A DNA stretch of 64,000 nucleotides from Candidatus Multivoradales bacterium (GCA_965223325.1 CBDCWI010000002.1:2240001-2304000); one strand, 5' to 3'; positions 20,196 to 29,876 are shown, counted from the stretch's first letter. The notes: generated from the letters alone by a model not told the origin. Program-made: numbers and translations.

Positions 20196-21182
20196 TTGAC
20201 CACAGAGCAAGACCCACTCGCGTCGGAGGCTAAAGCTGCACGCGACGGAATCGGGGCGCACCTCGGCGACCCCGATGTGGTCGAAGCCGAAGCAGCTGAA
20301 CTCGCCGCCGAGGCCCCAGAAACATCTGGCGACGACGCCAACGACGGAGAAGAAACTGCCGGCACATCGGAAGGTCACGGCTTCCTGGTCGTTCGCGAGC
20401 ACATCCCGATGTGGATGTATTGGGTCCTCGGGATCATTCCGATCCTCCTCCTGTTTCTCGGCTGGTGGCTGCTGACTGGCAGCGGACCGGCCGAAGAGCG
20501 CATCATCTCTCCCACCATCCTGCCCAGCCCGCTAGAGGTCGCGCAGTCGTTCAAGCAGCTGTGGTTCGAGCGTGCGCTGACCCGCAATACCTTGATCTCC
20601 TTGCGGCGCGTCGCGCTCGGCTTCGCCGTCGGTACGGCGATCGCCTTTCCGCTCGGTCTCTTCATGGGTTCGTTCACCAAGATCAGGGCGCTCTTCAACC
20701 CGCTTGCCACCCTCGGTGCCTATCTGCCGATCCCAGCGCTCGTTCCGCTCACTCTTTCTCTCCTGGGAACAGGAGAGCGGCAGAAGGTCGGTTTTCTGGC
20801 GCTCGCCTTCCTGATCTACTTGTTGCCACTGATCGTCGCGGCGGTCGACAAGGTCGACGACGTGTTCGTCAAAACGGCACTCACCCTCGGCGCTAGCAAG
20901 TGGCAAGTAGTGAGCAGGGTGTTGTTCGGCGTTTCGTGGGCCGACATCTACCAGTCACTGCGCCTGGGCTTCGGTATCGGCTGGAGCTACATTCTGCTGG
21001 CCGAGATGGTCGACATTGGCCAGGGTCTGGGCGGCATCATCATGACCTCGCAACGCCGTGGACCCCGTGAGCACATCTACCTGGTGTTGCTGGTGATCAT
21101 CGCCATCGCCTTCGTCACCGATCGCATCTGGGCCGCTATCGGTGAGTACCTGTTCCCCTATCGCCGGCGGAGAAAAGCGTGA
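20196..21182 (+). CDS. ABC transporter permease, NitT/TauT family
   Basis: ILPSPLEV...SL.RV.LGF...PLGL.MG, P.PALVPL....G.GE..K, EAA-like A.TLGAS..Q, LR...GIGW.Y..LAEM...GLG. Confidence 0.9.
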   Translation: MTTEQDPLASEAKAARDGIGAHLGDPDVVEAEAAELAAEAPETSGDDANDGEETAGTSEGHGFLVVREHIPMWMYWVLGIIPILLLFLGWWLLTGSGPAEERIISPTILPSPLEVAQSFKQLWFERALTRNTLISLRRVALGFAVGTAIAFPLGLFMGSFTKIRALFNPLATLGAYLPIPALVPLTLSLLGTGERQKVGFLALAFLIYLLPLIVAAVDKVDDVFVKTALTLGASKWQVVSRVLFGVSWADIYQSLRLGFGIGWSYILLAEMVDIGQGLGGIIMTSQRRGPREHIYLVLLVIIAIAFVTDRIWAAIGEYLFPYRRRRKA

Positions 21183-22057
21183 GCCTCACCAGCAACGAAG
21201 GTAGCGCCCCGACCAGCGCACAGTCTACCGAGGTTTCCGAACCGCCGGTCGTCGAGTTCAGGGGTGTCGAGAAGACCTTCAACCCCGGGACCAGAAAGGC
21301 CTTCACCGCCATCAAGAACGTCGACTTCACAGTCGAAGATCGGCCCGGTGAGGGTGAGTTCATCGCCCTCGTGGGCCCCTCGGGGTGCGGCAAGTCGACC
21401 ATTCTCAATCTGATTCAGGGCTTCGACGACGTCTACCCGCCAACCAAGGGCGAGGTGCTGGTGCGCGGCAAGAAGGTCTTAGGGCCCGGCCGCGACCGCG
21501 GCATGATCTTTCAGCGCTACAGCTCCTTCCCCCATCTCACCGTGCTGCAGAACGTTACCTTTGGTCTCGAGATCGCACCCGAGAGCGACCTTTCGAAGAC
21601 GGCCATGCGCAACATGGCCCGCGAGTGGATTCGAAAGGTCGGCCTCGAAGGGCACGAGAGCAAGTATCCGCACCAACTCTCGGGCGGGCAGCAGCAGCGA
21701 GTTGCCATCGCGCGTAGCCTGGTAGTCAAGCCACGCATCATCTTGATGGACGAACCCTTCTCGGCACTCGATGAACCAACTCGCTACGACATGCAACAAC
21801 TCGTCACCCACCTCTGGCACGAGATCGAGGCGACGGTCTTCCTCGTCACCCACTCCTTGTCTGAGGCGGTCTACCTGGGCGATAGAGTGTGGATCATGTC
21901 GCGCCACCCCGGCACCATCGCCTATCGCTTCCGCGACATTATTCCCCCTCGCATCGACCGCGACCCCGTCGAGGTTCAAACCTCCGACGACTTCAAGTCG
22001 GCGGTGCGAGAGGTCGCCTCTGTCTTCCGCGAGATCGAAGCCGGGCGCACTCCCTAA
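21179..22057 (+). CDS. ABC transporter ATP-binding protein, NitT/TauT family
   Basis: GPSGCGKST, MIFQ.Y, LSGGQQQRVAIAR, LMDEPFSALD, VTHS. GTGA overlap with the permease stop. Confidence 0.93.
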   Translation: MSLTSNEGSAPTSAQSTEVSEPPVVEFRGVEKTFNPGTRKAFTAIKNVDFTVEDRPGEGEFIALVGPSGCGKSTILNLIQGFDDVYPPTKGEVLVRGKKVLGPGRDRGMIFQRYSSFPHLTVLQNVTFGLEIAPESDLSKTAMRNMAREWIRKVGLEGHESKYPHQLSGGQQQRVAIARSLVVKPRIILMDEPFSALDEPTRYDMQQLVTHLWHEIEATVFLVTHSLSEAVYLGDRVWIMSRHPGTIAYRFRDIIPPRIDRDPVEVQTSDDFKSAVREVASVFREIEAGRTP

Positions 22058-22070
22058 GGTCCAAAGCCAG

Positions 22071-22961
22071 ATGTCTGCTCCACCCATCGGTTTCTTTGGC
22101 TACGTCAAAGAAGCATTCTTCTGGCGCACCCCGACACCAGGGCTCGGTCATCTGCCGCTCAACCTCGGCGCCCTGGCGGTCTTTGGAGTGCTCGGCATCG
22201 CCAATCCGGGGTTCTGGCTGCTCGGTGGCGCCCTCGAACTCGCCTACCTGACCGGCATGGCGTCCAGTAGGCGCTTCCAGCGCGTCGTCCAGGGGCGCCG
22301 CTCCCTGGCACGCCAACGCCAGGAGGAGACCAAGCTCGGCGCCGCGATCACCCGCCTCACACTCGAGAGCCAGCGCCGCTACCACTCGCTCCTCGCCCAG
22401 TGCCGCGACATCGCCGGCATCTCGGCAACCCTCGACGACGGTGCGGGCATGACTTCGCTGCGCAAGCTACGCACTGGCGGCCTGAACCAGATGCTGTGGA
22501 TTTATCTACGGCTTCTGACCTCGCGCGAGGTCCTCGTGCAAACCCTCGAGCACACCGACCGCGAGTCGGTCGAGCGTGAGATCCAGGGCCTCACCGAACG
22601 CCTCGACGCGACCGATCCAGAAACCACGCTCGCTCGTTCGCTTACCGCATCGCTAGACATACAGCAGAAGCGGTTGGCCAACCTCGACCGGTCGACCGAA
22701 AGTCTCCACGTCCTCGAAGCCGAGCTCGTCCGCATCGAGTCGCAGGTCGCTTTGATTCGCGAAGAAATGGCAGTCTCCGGCAAGGCCGAAGCGCTTTCAG
22801 GTCGCGTCGACAGTGTCGCTGAGGCACTGGACGAGACCAACCGCTGGATGGAACAGAACGCCGACATCTTCTCGGGCCTGGAAGGCCTCGAAGAACCGCG
22901 TCTGGAGGACCTGCCGTCGACGACGCCACCGGTTCCACGCTACGAGGGCGAACGTTCATGA
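22071..22961 (+). CDS. 2-TM membrane protein with long cytoplasmic coiled-coil, unknown function
   Basis: ATG lies 13 nt after the ABC ATPase stop. Hydrophobic hairpin LNLGALAVFGVLGIANPGFWLLGGALELAYL, heptad-rich C-terminal region, ATGA overlap with the AAA gene. Confidence 0.75.
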   Translation: MSAPPIGFFGYVKEAFFWRTPTPGLGHLPLNLGALAVFGVLGIANPGFWLLGGALELAYLTGMASSRRFQRVVQGRRSLARQRQEETKLGAAITRLTLESQRRYHSLLAQCRDIAGISATLDDGAGMTSLRKLRTGGLNQMLWIYLRLLTSREVLVQTLEHTDRESVEREIQGLTERLDATDPETTLARSLTASLDIQQKRLANLDRSTESLHVLEAELVRIESQVALIREEMAVSGKAEALSGRVDSVAEALDETNRWMEQNADIFSGLEGLEEPRLEDLPSTTPPVPRYEGERS

Positions 22962-24787
22962 TGGAGAAGGGCGAGAAGTCGTCTCTGGAGCTTCCTGGGT
23001 GGGCCGAAGAGATGCGACGCCTCTTCCGCTCTGGGACCTGCTCACAGTTCGTTCTCTATGGCTCGGTGCACGATCTGGTGGCGCTCGAGACCAGAGGCGG
23101 GAAAGCCGGCCAACGACAGTACGTCGCTCTGCGGACCTTCCTCACCGAGCGCATGTTTCAGCCTTTCGACGTGGTCATTCACTACGATCGCGGTCGCGGC
23201 ATTCGAGTCAAGAAGGGAGCTGGCCACTTCCATCGGTTCCTGGAGGCGTTCGACGCTTTTCAAGGCACCAATTGGGCGAAACTCCCCAGCGAAGCGGTCG
23301 GCGAATCACTCAACCTGGCCAATACCTTGCCGCGCGACCCGCCGCGGGCACTCGAGCTCCTCAACCGTTTCCTGCGTGGCAGCCAGTCCCTGACCGACGC
23401 CGACGAAGACGGCGCTCGACACCCGGCGCCGTTGTCGGTCGCCCTGGTGATCGACCATGCCGAGTACATCGCACCGCGGGCCGATGCGCTCCAGATGTCC
23501 TCGGAACACAGCCAGGCCCTCATTCAGCTGCTCGACTGGGCCAGTGACCCGGACCTCACCAAAGCCGTGGTGTCGACGGTTCTGATCACTGACACGCTCG
23601 GCGACCTGACGCAGGACCTGGTCGAGAACCCCTACAACTCCAAGCTCGAGGTCGAGCTTCCGAACACCGAAGAGATCGAGCGCTACGTCGAAGACCTGGT
23701 TGCCGACGAACCCGAATTCGAGCGCCTCTCTGAACTCGCCCCGCCAGCGCTGGCGGCCAAGCTCCTCGGCCTCACCAGGGTCAACGTGCGCAGTTTGATC
23801 CTGCGTGCCCTGCGCAACGACGAGCCGCTCGACTCGAAGTACCTCTCCGAACTGCGCAAGGAGCTGATCGAAAAGCAGGCCTCGGGACTGATCGAGTTCA
23901 TCGAGTCGAAGCGCACCTTGGACGACGTCGCCGGTCACGTCGAAGCCAAGGCCTGGCTTCGGCAAGACGCCGAGCTCTTGCGTCGCGGTCGCATTCGGGC
24001 CCTCCCGATGGGCTACCTGCTTGCCGGCCGCATCGGCACAGGAAAGACCTACCTGGTCACCTGCCTGGCAGGCGAAGTCGGTGTCCCGGTCGTCGAGCTC
24101 AAGAACTTTCGCGACAAGTGGGTAGGCGCTACCGAAGGCAACCTGGAGAAGATCTTCGCGATCCTGGAAGCCCTCGGTCAAGTGATCGTCTTCGTCGACG
24201 AGGCCGACCAGGCGACTGGGAAACGCAGCGGTGGCGGCGGGGGCGACGGCGGGCTCTCCGGGCGCATCTACGGCATGCTCGCCAAGAAGATGAGTGACAC
24301 CGCCAACCGCGGCAAGATCGTCTGGATCTTCGCCACCAGCCGGCCAGATCTTCTCGAGGTCGACCTCAAGCGGCAGGGCCGCCTCGACGTCCACATCCCG
24401 CTCTTTCCACCGCAGGATCCCGAGAGTCGCCAGGAGCTGTTTGCCGCGATGGCACGAAAGGTCGGAGTGGACTTCGGCGGTGAGCTACCCGAACTGCCCG
24501 ACAACCCTCAGATCGGCGGCAACGAAATGGAAGGCATCCTGGTGCGGACGCTGCGGCTCTGGGAGACTCGAACAGACGACGAGAAGCGCACCCTTTCCGA
24601 GATCGCCAGCGAAGTGATCGCCGAGTTCCGGCCGTCGGCACACGTCGAGCGGTTGAAGATGATGGATCTCCTAGCGGTCAAGGAGTGCACCGACGACCGC
24701 TTCCTGCCGCCGCGCTTCCGCGAAATGGATCTCGGCGAGGTCAATCGCCGCATCCAGGAGCTCAAGTTCTCGATCGGAGAGGACTAG
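22958..24787 (+). CDS. AAA+ ATPase, classic clade (degenerate N-terminal AAA-like domain plus intact C-terminal AAA domain)
   Basis: Walker A GRIGTGKT, pore loop KWVG.TE, Walker B IVFVDEAD, SRH ATSRPDLLE.DLKRQGRLD. The N-half has a vestigial VALVIDHAE. Confidence 0.88.
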   Translation: MMEKGEKSSLELPGWAEEMRRLFRSGTCSQFVLYGSVHDLVALETRGGKAGQRQYVALRTFLTERMFQPFDVVIHYDRGRGIRVKKGAGHFHRFLEAFDAFQGTNWAKLPSEAVGESLNLANTLPRDPPRALELLNRFLRGSQSLTDADEDGARHPAPLSVALVIDHAEYIAPRADALQMSSEHSQALIQLLDWASDPDLTKAVVSTVLITDTLGDLTQDLVENPYNSKLEVELPNTEEIERYVEDLVADEPEFERLSELAPPALAAKLLGLTRVNVRSLILRALRNDEPLDSKYLSELRKELIEKQASGLIEFIESKRTLDDVAGHVEAKAWLRQDAELLRRGRIRALPMGYLLAGRIGTGKTYLVTCLAGEVGVPVVELKNFRDKWVGATEGNLEKIFAILEALGQVIVFVDEADQATGKRSGGGGGDGGLSGRIYGMLAKKMSDTANRGKIVWIFATSRPDLLEVDLKRQGRLDVHIPLFPPQDPESRQELFAAMARKVGVDFGGELPELPDNPQIGGNEMEGILVRTLRLWETRTDDEKRTLSEIASEVIAEFRPSAHVERLKMMDLLAVKECTDDRFLPPRFREMDLGEVNRRIQELKFSIGED

Positions 24788-24900
24788 CAGCCTCCCAGAC
24801 CCCGGGACCGATCCGGTAGGCTTCCCTGTCGAATTTGTCCACGTCTTAGAGGAATGGCACGCGAGACTGCCTGCCAGCCTCATGTGTTTCAGGAGAAGTC

Positions 24901-26643
24901 ATGCTCACCAAGACGACCCGCTTCGGGTCCTTTGGCCTTCTTGCCGTCGCCGCTGTCGCCGCATCCACCTGGCTCGTAGCCGGTTGCACGCCAGATGAAA
25001 GTGAAAGCCCCCTGGCCACGACCGACACAGAGTCGGCCGGCACCCTCGACACCACCCTGCCGGCTGCAATCGGCGACGCCGAGGCTCTTGTCACCGCCGA
25101 GCTTCTACGAACACATGTCGCCGCCCTCGCCGACGACGCAATGGCGGGCCGTGCGCCGGGGACCGAAGGCGACCGGATGGCGCAGCACTATCTGATTCGG
25201 GAGATGCAGGGCATCGGCCTCGAACCGGCAGGGCCAGGAGGAGAATGGCTGCAACCGTTCGACATCGTCGGCATCACGGCAGAGGTTCCGAAGACCTGGA
25301 GTTTCGCCACCAAGAATGGCGAAATGACCATGGTCAGGAACGACGAGTTCGTCGTCTTCAGCGGCTCGCAGAGCGACCGCGCCGCGATCGAGAACGCCGA
25401 GCTGGTGTTCGTGGGCTACGGGATCGAAGCGCCAGAGTACGGCTGGGACGATTTCGGCGATGCCGACCTCTCCGGCAAGGTGTTGGTGATGATGAACAAC
25501 GACCCCGACTGGGATGACGATCTCTTCGCCGGTGACCGCCGCCTGTTCTACGGCCGCTGGGTCTACAAGTACGAAAGCGCCGCCCGCCAGGGCGCCGTGG
25601 GCGCCATCGTCATCCACACCACGCCTTCAGCCGGCTACCCGTGGCAGGTCGTCACCAGCTCCTGGACCGGCGAACAGGTCGAACTGCCAGCCGGCCAGGA
25701 GCCGCGCCTCGCCATCGGCGCCTGGACGACCGAAGACGCGACCCGTCGCCTCTTCAAGCAGGCCGGTTTCGACCTCGACACCCTGCGCGAAGAGGCGCGA
25801 AGCGCTGACTTTTCCCCAGTCCCCCTGGGAATTACCACCTCTCTGGCGATCGAGAATTCGATCAACCGCACCGAAACCGCCAACGTCCTTGGTTTGCTGC
25901 CCGCTAGCGACGCCGATCTGAGTGACCAATACGTCGTCTACAGCGCGCACTACGACCATCTCGGAAACTCCGGCGAAGGCTCCGATTCGATCTACAACGG
26001 TGCCCTCGACAACGCTGCCGGGACCTCCACCGTTCTCGCCATCGCCCGGGCCATGGCGGCTCTCCCCGAGCGCCCGCGCCGCTCCACCATCTTCGCCTTC
26101 GTCGGCGCCGAAGAGTCGGGCCTCCTGGGCTCGAGGTTCTATGCCGAGAACCCCACCGTGCCGCCCGGCAGAATGGTCGCTAATCTCAACTTCGACGGCG
26201 GCAACATCTGGGGCCGCACCGAAGACGTCACCTTCATCGGTTACGGAAAGTCCTCTCTAGATGCCGTCGTCGAAGCCTTTGCCGCTCAACAGGGCCGCAC
26301 CGTGCAAGGCGACCAGTTCCCCGACCGCGGCTTCTTCTACCGCTCCGACCAGTTCAATTTCGCCAAGATCGGCGTCCCCGCCATCTACCTCGACACCGGC
26401 ACCCGCTTCCGCGATCGCGACGAGAACTGGGGCCGAGAGCAAATCGAGGCCTGGGAGGCCCAGCACTACCACCAGCCCAGCGACGAACTCGTCGACTCCT
26501 GGAACTGGGAGGGCATGGTCGAAGACACCGTCCTCGGCCTACGCGCCGGAGTCTGGATCGCCAACCAGGAGAGCCAACCAACCTGGAACCCAGGCGACGA
26601 GTTCGAAGCCGCCAGACAAGAAGCCCTGGCCGCCATTCAGTAG
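24901..26643 (+). CDS. M28 family metallopeptidase with PA domain, lipoprotein
   Basis: Lipobox LVAGC, GR.PGT.G, SAHYDH, GALDNAAG, AEESGLLGS, RSDQ, YHQPSD. Confidence 0.92.
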   Translation: MLTKTTRFGSFGLLAVAAVAASTWLVAGCTPDESESPLATTDTESAGTLDTTLPAAIGDAEALVTAELLRTHVAALADDAMAGRAPGTEGDRMAQHYLIREMQGIGLEPAGPGGEWLQPFDIVGITAEVPKTWSFATKNGEMTMVRNDEFVVFSGSQSDRAAIENAELVFVGYGIEAPEYGWDDFGDADLSGKVLVMMNNDPDWDDDLFAGDRRLFYGRWVYKYESAARQGAVGAIVIHTTPSAGYPWQVVTSSWTGEQVELPAGQEPRLAIGAWTTEDATRRLFKQAGFDLDTLREEARSADFSPVPLGITTSLAIENSINRTETANVLGLLPASDADLSDQYVVYSAHYDHLGNSGEGSDSIYNGALDNAAGTSTVLAIARAMAALPERPRRSTIFAFVGAEESGLLGSRFYAENPTVPPGRMVANLNFDGGNIWGRTEDVTFIGYGKSSLDAVVEAFAAQQGRTVQGDQFPDRGFFYRSDQFNFAKIGVPAIYLDTGTRFRDRDENWGREQIEAWEAQHYHQPSDELVDSWNWEGMVEDTVLGLRAGVWIANQESQPTWNPGDEFEAARQEALAAIQ

Positions 26644-26926
26644 GCGCACCGCAAGGTCAGCCCACCGGCTACTCGAGAGGCGAAGAGTAGTAGCGCGAGA
26701 AGTGTGAACGCACGAGGCCGCACTCGAGCAAGAAAGTCTCGGAGATCGAGCGCGTCCTCGAGGAGTTTTCAGAACCCGCGGAGCTTCATCGCGGTGCCGC
26801 TCCAAGCTGGCCACGAGCGGTACAACCACTCCTCGAGCTCTCCGGAACGAATCATCTCCGTGGGGTCTTTGACCGCCAGCGCAGCCAAGACGCTCCTCGC
26901 ACTCTTTGAAGCGGTTTCGGGTAGAG

Positions 26927-27658
26927 CTACAGCTTGCAGTCTAGAGGGGAGCTGCCCACCTCGCACCAGAGCATCCAGGTCCGTCGCGCGCGGTTGAAGG
27001 AGTACCGACTGAGCCGTTCCAGCCACAGGTCGTGGCGTGAGGCGAGTCTCTTCATCACCTCCGCGTCATGACGTTGTATGCGCTGGAAGTCGTAGCGAGT
27101 GGACGCGAGCTGGCGCCCCTGAGACAAAACCTCGGTGACGGTCGCGGGGTGGGCAAAGAGCGCTCCCAACACATCGAGATAGCGGTTGGGATGCGGCACC
27201 TCGGCGATCATCACCCCCAGTGACTGGCGCGAAAGAAGCCTACAGAGGCCCCCCACCGTCCGGTCGAGCTCCTCTTCACTCATGTATTGGACGACGCCAT
27301 GCATCACAACGAGATCAATCGAACCTTCTCCCAGTTCCTCGACCGAAGCCACCGAACGCACCTTGAACAGACCGTTGGCGCATTCCTTCACGACTTCGGC
27401 AATCGACTCGGCGAAAACCGGAGACGGGTCGTAGAGCACCCGCTCGGAACAGGGCAAGAGGTCGAGGAAGCACCCATTTCCGCAGCCGAAGTCGAGCACC
27501 CGGCAGGAGTCCAGGCTCCCGAAGGTGGCCGAGAGGGTTCGCTTGAAGTTGCGTCTGGTCAGGCTCTGGATGCGACCCTGCACCATGATGCCGTGTGCGG
27601 TCGTCTCATCAGCCCAGAGCTTTCGCCAGTACGACAAGTCACTTAGCCCCTTTGCCAC
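26927..27658 (-). CDS. Class I SAM-dependent methyltransferase
   Basis: Motif I VLDFGCGNG, then YDPS and IDLVVMHGVVQYM. GGAGG RBS precedes the GTG at 27658, which overlaps the upstream stop. Confidence 0.78.
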   Translation of the reverse strand: MAKGLSDLSYWRKLWADETTAHGIMVQGRIQSLTRRNFKRTLSATFGSLDSCRVLDFGCGNGCFLDLLPCSERVLYDPSPVFAESIAEVVKECANGLFKVRSVASVEELGEGSIDLVVMHGVVQYMSEEELDRTVGGLCRLLSRQSLGVMIAEVPHPNRYLDVLGALFAHPATVTEVLSQGRQLASTRYDFQRIQRHDAEVMKRLASRHDLWLERLSRYSFNRARRTWMLWCEVGSSPLDCKL

Positions 27659-29093
27659 GCATGAACCTCCCATGCGTTGGATTGGCTTCCAACCGCTCCA
27701 GAGCCGAAGGCCCCTCGAGAAGGTCGCCTCCCCAACCCTCGGGATGGACCTCGATCTGCGCATGCTCGAGGACACCGAGCTCGGCTGCCATGTCCGGCAT
27801 CACCCGGACCTCTGTCACAATCGCCTCGCGACCGCCCTGCCGGTACATGGGTGCAGCTACTGACATCGCCAGACTGAGCAGGAGCAAAATCACTCCGTAG
27901 GCTTTCAGAGCCACGCCCGGCAACTTCCAACGGCTTGAAGGCAGGGCGCTGCGCTCCAGGTAGAGCACGACGGGCAGGATCGCTGCATGAAGCGCAATGA
28001 AGCCGCGCCAGCTCGTCATTCCGGAGGCACCGACGCTGTTGTCGATGGCCGGACTGGCAGCGATCACCATCATCAGCGCAACGAACACGAGTCCGGAGTA
28101 CCCGAGCAGCCAGTGCGCAAGACCGCTGGATCTCTCACCGAGAAGCCGCTTCGTACTCGCGACGTTTGCCAGTACGACCACAAGCAGCGTGATCGCTGCA
28201 CAGAGCGGAAAGAGAACCGAGAACGCCGGCGCCAGGATGGCGTCCCACCACTCCCCCAGTACCGGCGTGAAGTCAAGCGTGGTCATCCGACTGGTGTAGG
28301 CCGCGGAAGGGAACCGCAGCCAGTAGAGAGCGACTTCCAGAACCGGTTCCACCTGAAGCAGGCCGCCACCAAGCATGCCCTCACTGAGCGGCCGAATTTG
28401 TGGATACTCAAGAGCCGCTTGCACCCAGTCCCAGAGCGATAGGGCTAGAAGCAACCCGCCTGCGATCACGCCGCCCCAGTGCACACGGATGAGACGGCGA
28501 AGCAGGAGCAGAGCCGACGCCACGACGAGAACCAGGAAGGAGGCGTGAAGGTGAAACGCCGCACCGATCGCCAGCACATGCCAAAGAGTCGCCCAGAACC
28601 TTCCTCGCTCGCGAAGAGCTGCCGCGGTCGCGAGGTGCACGGATGCAGGGAGGAACAGGAGGTTGGGGTTCCAGATGTGCGCGGAGTGAAAGAGGCGCCA
28701 GGGGTTGAGCCAGTAGAGAACGCACAAGGCCAACCGTCCCTTCGGGCTGAGCACGGGCTGCAGGGACCGGTCCAGCAGGAGGTACGCCAGGAGATGGAGC
28801 ACGACCGTGAAACCGCCAATGGCGCGATAGTCCTGCCACACAAACAGTGGCAGTCCCATCGCAAGCGACGTCAGAGAACCGGGTTGATAGCCGCCGGCGG
28901 CCGTCAGGGCCCCGAACGGAACGAGGAAGCCCTCCTTCGCCAGGAGCCAGCCATGAATCGTCAGCCTGAAGGCATCCCCTTCGAACTGAGCGCGCAGAAC
29001 CATGAGAAGGGAAACGCCCAAGCCAAAGCCAAGAAACAGCCGGCGCCAGACTCCGAAGGATTGAACGGCTTCATGTTCTTCAGGCCTGGTCAT
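27639..29093 (-). CDS. Multi-TM GT-C/ArnT-like glycosyltransferase
   Basis: About 11-12 hydrophobic segments, first-loop GD, PG.L, YWLNPW, WNPN, H.S. ATGA overlap with the deacetylase gene. Confidence 0.65.
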   Translation of the reverse strand: MTRPEEHEAVQSFGVWRRLFLGFGLGVSLLMVLRAQFEGDAFRLTIHGWLLAKEGFLVPFGALTAAGGYQPGSLTSLAMGLPLFVWQDYRAIGGFTVVLHLLAYLLLDRSLQPVLSPKGRLALCVLYWLNPWRLFHSAHIWNPNLLFLPASVHLATAAALRERGRFWATLWHVLAIGAAFHLHASFLVLVVASALLLLRRLIRVHWGGVIAGGLLLALSLWDWVQAALEYPQIRPLSEGMLGGGLLQVEPVLEVALYWLRFPSAAYTSRMTTLDFTPVLGEWWDAILAPAFSVLFPLCAAITLLVVVLANVASTKRLLGERSSGLAHWLLGYSGLVFVALMMVIAASPAIDNSVGASGMTSWRGFIALHAAILPVVLYLERSALPSSRWKLPGVALKAYGVILLLLSLAMSVAAPMYRQGGREAIVTEVRVMPDMAAELGVLEHAQIEVHPEGWGGDLLEGPSALERLEANPTHGRFMRGKGAK

Positions 29094-29866
29094 GCCGCCT
29101 CCGGTCCGTTCAGGAGGTGACCTCCGTCGGAAGCGCCGAGGTCCATGAGGGCGCGGTACTCCACAACTCTCTGGAACCGGAGAGAGTCGGGAAACCGGGT
29201 CGCGTGCAGGTCGTCGAAGGCCGCGGGATGGGTGATGACTTCGGTGTCGGTGCGGCGGTTCAACAACCATCGCAACCGGGACTTGCAGAGGTAATCCCCG
29301 GGAAGTGGGTAGAGACATGGCAGATGACTGAGCGACAAGGAGCGAGCCGTGCGCTTCGCTGCGAGCGCCAACAGGAAGACCGGAAAGCGGCGCGATCCTA
29401 AGAGCCTCGGATCGAGCGGGAGGCGAACCTGTTTCAGACCGTAGTGCTCGAGCAGCGGTGCAATCGCTCGCAAGACTCCGGGAACGAGGTGGACATGGTG
29501 ATGGCTGTCGAGGTAGCGAGGTTCGACACCCAGAGACGCGAGGCGTCGCATCTGGGACGTGAATTCAGAGCGCAAGATCTCCGGACCGTGTTCCTGGTTC
29601 AGGAGCCACCGCCCTGCGAAACCCCCGCCGCCCGAGTGGCGAAGCAGTCGACGATGTCGGTGCTCAAACCAACCATGGGTGAGATTCCAATGCAGTCCCA
29701 CGATAACGTCGAGGGTCAGGAGCTCGTCAAGCAGGTAGTCACAGAACGGCGACCTCGCCATCAGTGAAATCCGTCGCACGACTCCACGTCTGGCGAGTTC
29801 CAGGATTCCCTGGTTGATTCCAGGGGTCAGGCCCCAATCGTCTGCGGTGATCAGTGCCCGAGACAA
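29090..29866 (-). CDS. ChbG/HpnK (YdjC/NaxD-like) carbohydrate deacetylase
   Basis: ITADDWG...NQGI, GLHWNLT, LDSHHHVH..P, EVITHP. Confidence 0.88.
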   Translation of the reverse strand: MSRALITADDWGLTPGINQGILELARRGVVRRISLMARSPFCDYLLDELLTLDVIVGLHWNLTHGWFEHRHRRLLRHSGGGGFAGRWLLNQEHGPEILRSEFTSQMRRLASLGVEPRYLDSHHHVHLVPGVLRAIAPLLEHYGLKQVRLPLDPRLLGSRRFPVFLLALAAKRTARSLSLSHLPCLYPLPGDYLCKSRLRWLLNRRTDTEVITHPAAFDDLHATRFPDSLRFQRVVEYRALMDLGASDGGHLLNGPEAA

Positions 29867-29876
29867 AGACGCGTCC

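Noticed and set aside
24854-24870. Sigma54-like TGGCACG upstream of the M28 peptidase
   Set aside because: The GC of the -12 element is offset by one base and TTGC is absent; sigma54 spacing is strict.
26644-27026. Possible pseudogene remnant (..MIRSGELEEWLYRSWP..GF*KLLEDALDL..) at the edge of the glycosylation cluster
   Set aside because: No family is recognisable by eye and it overlaps the methyltransferase gene. It cannot be supported without a search.
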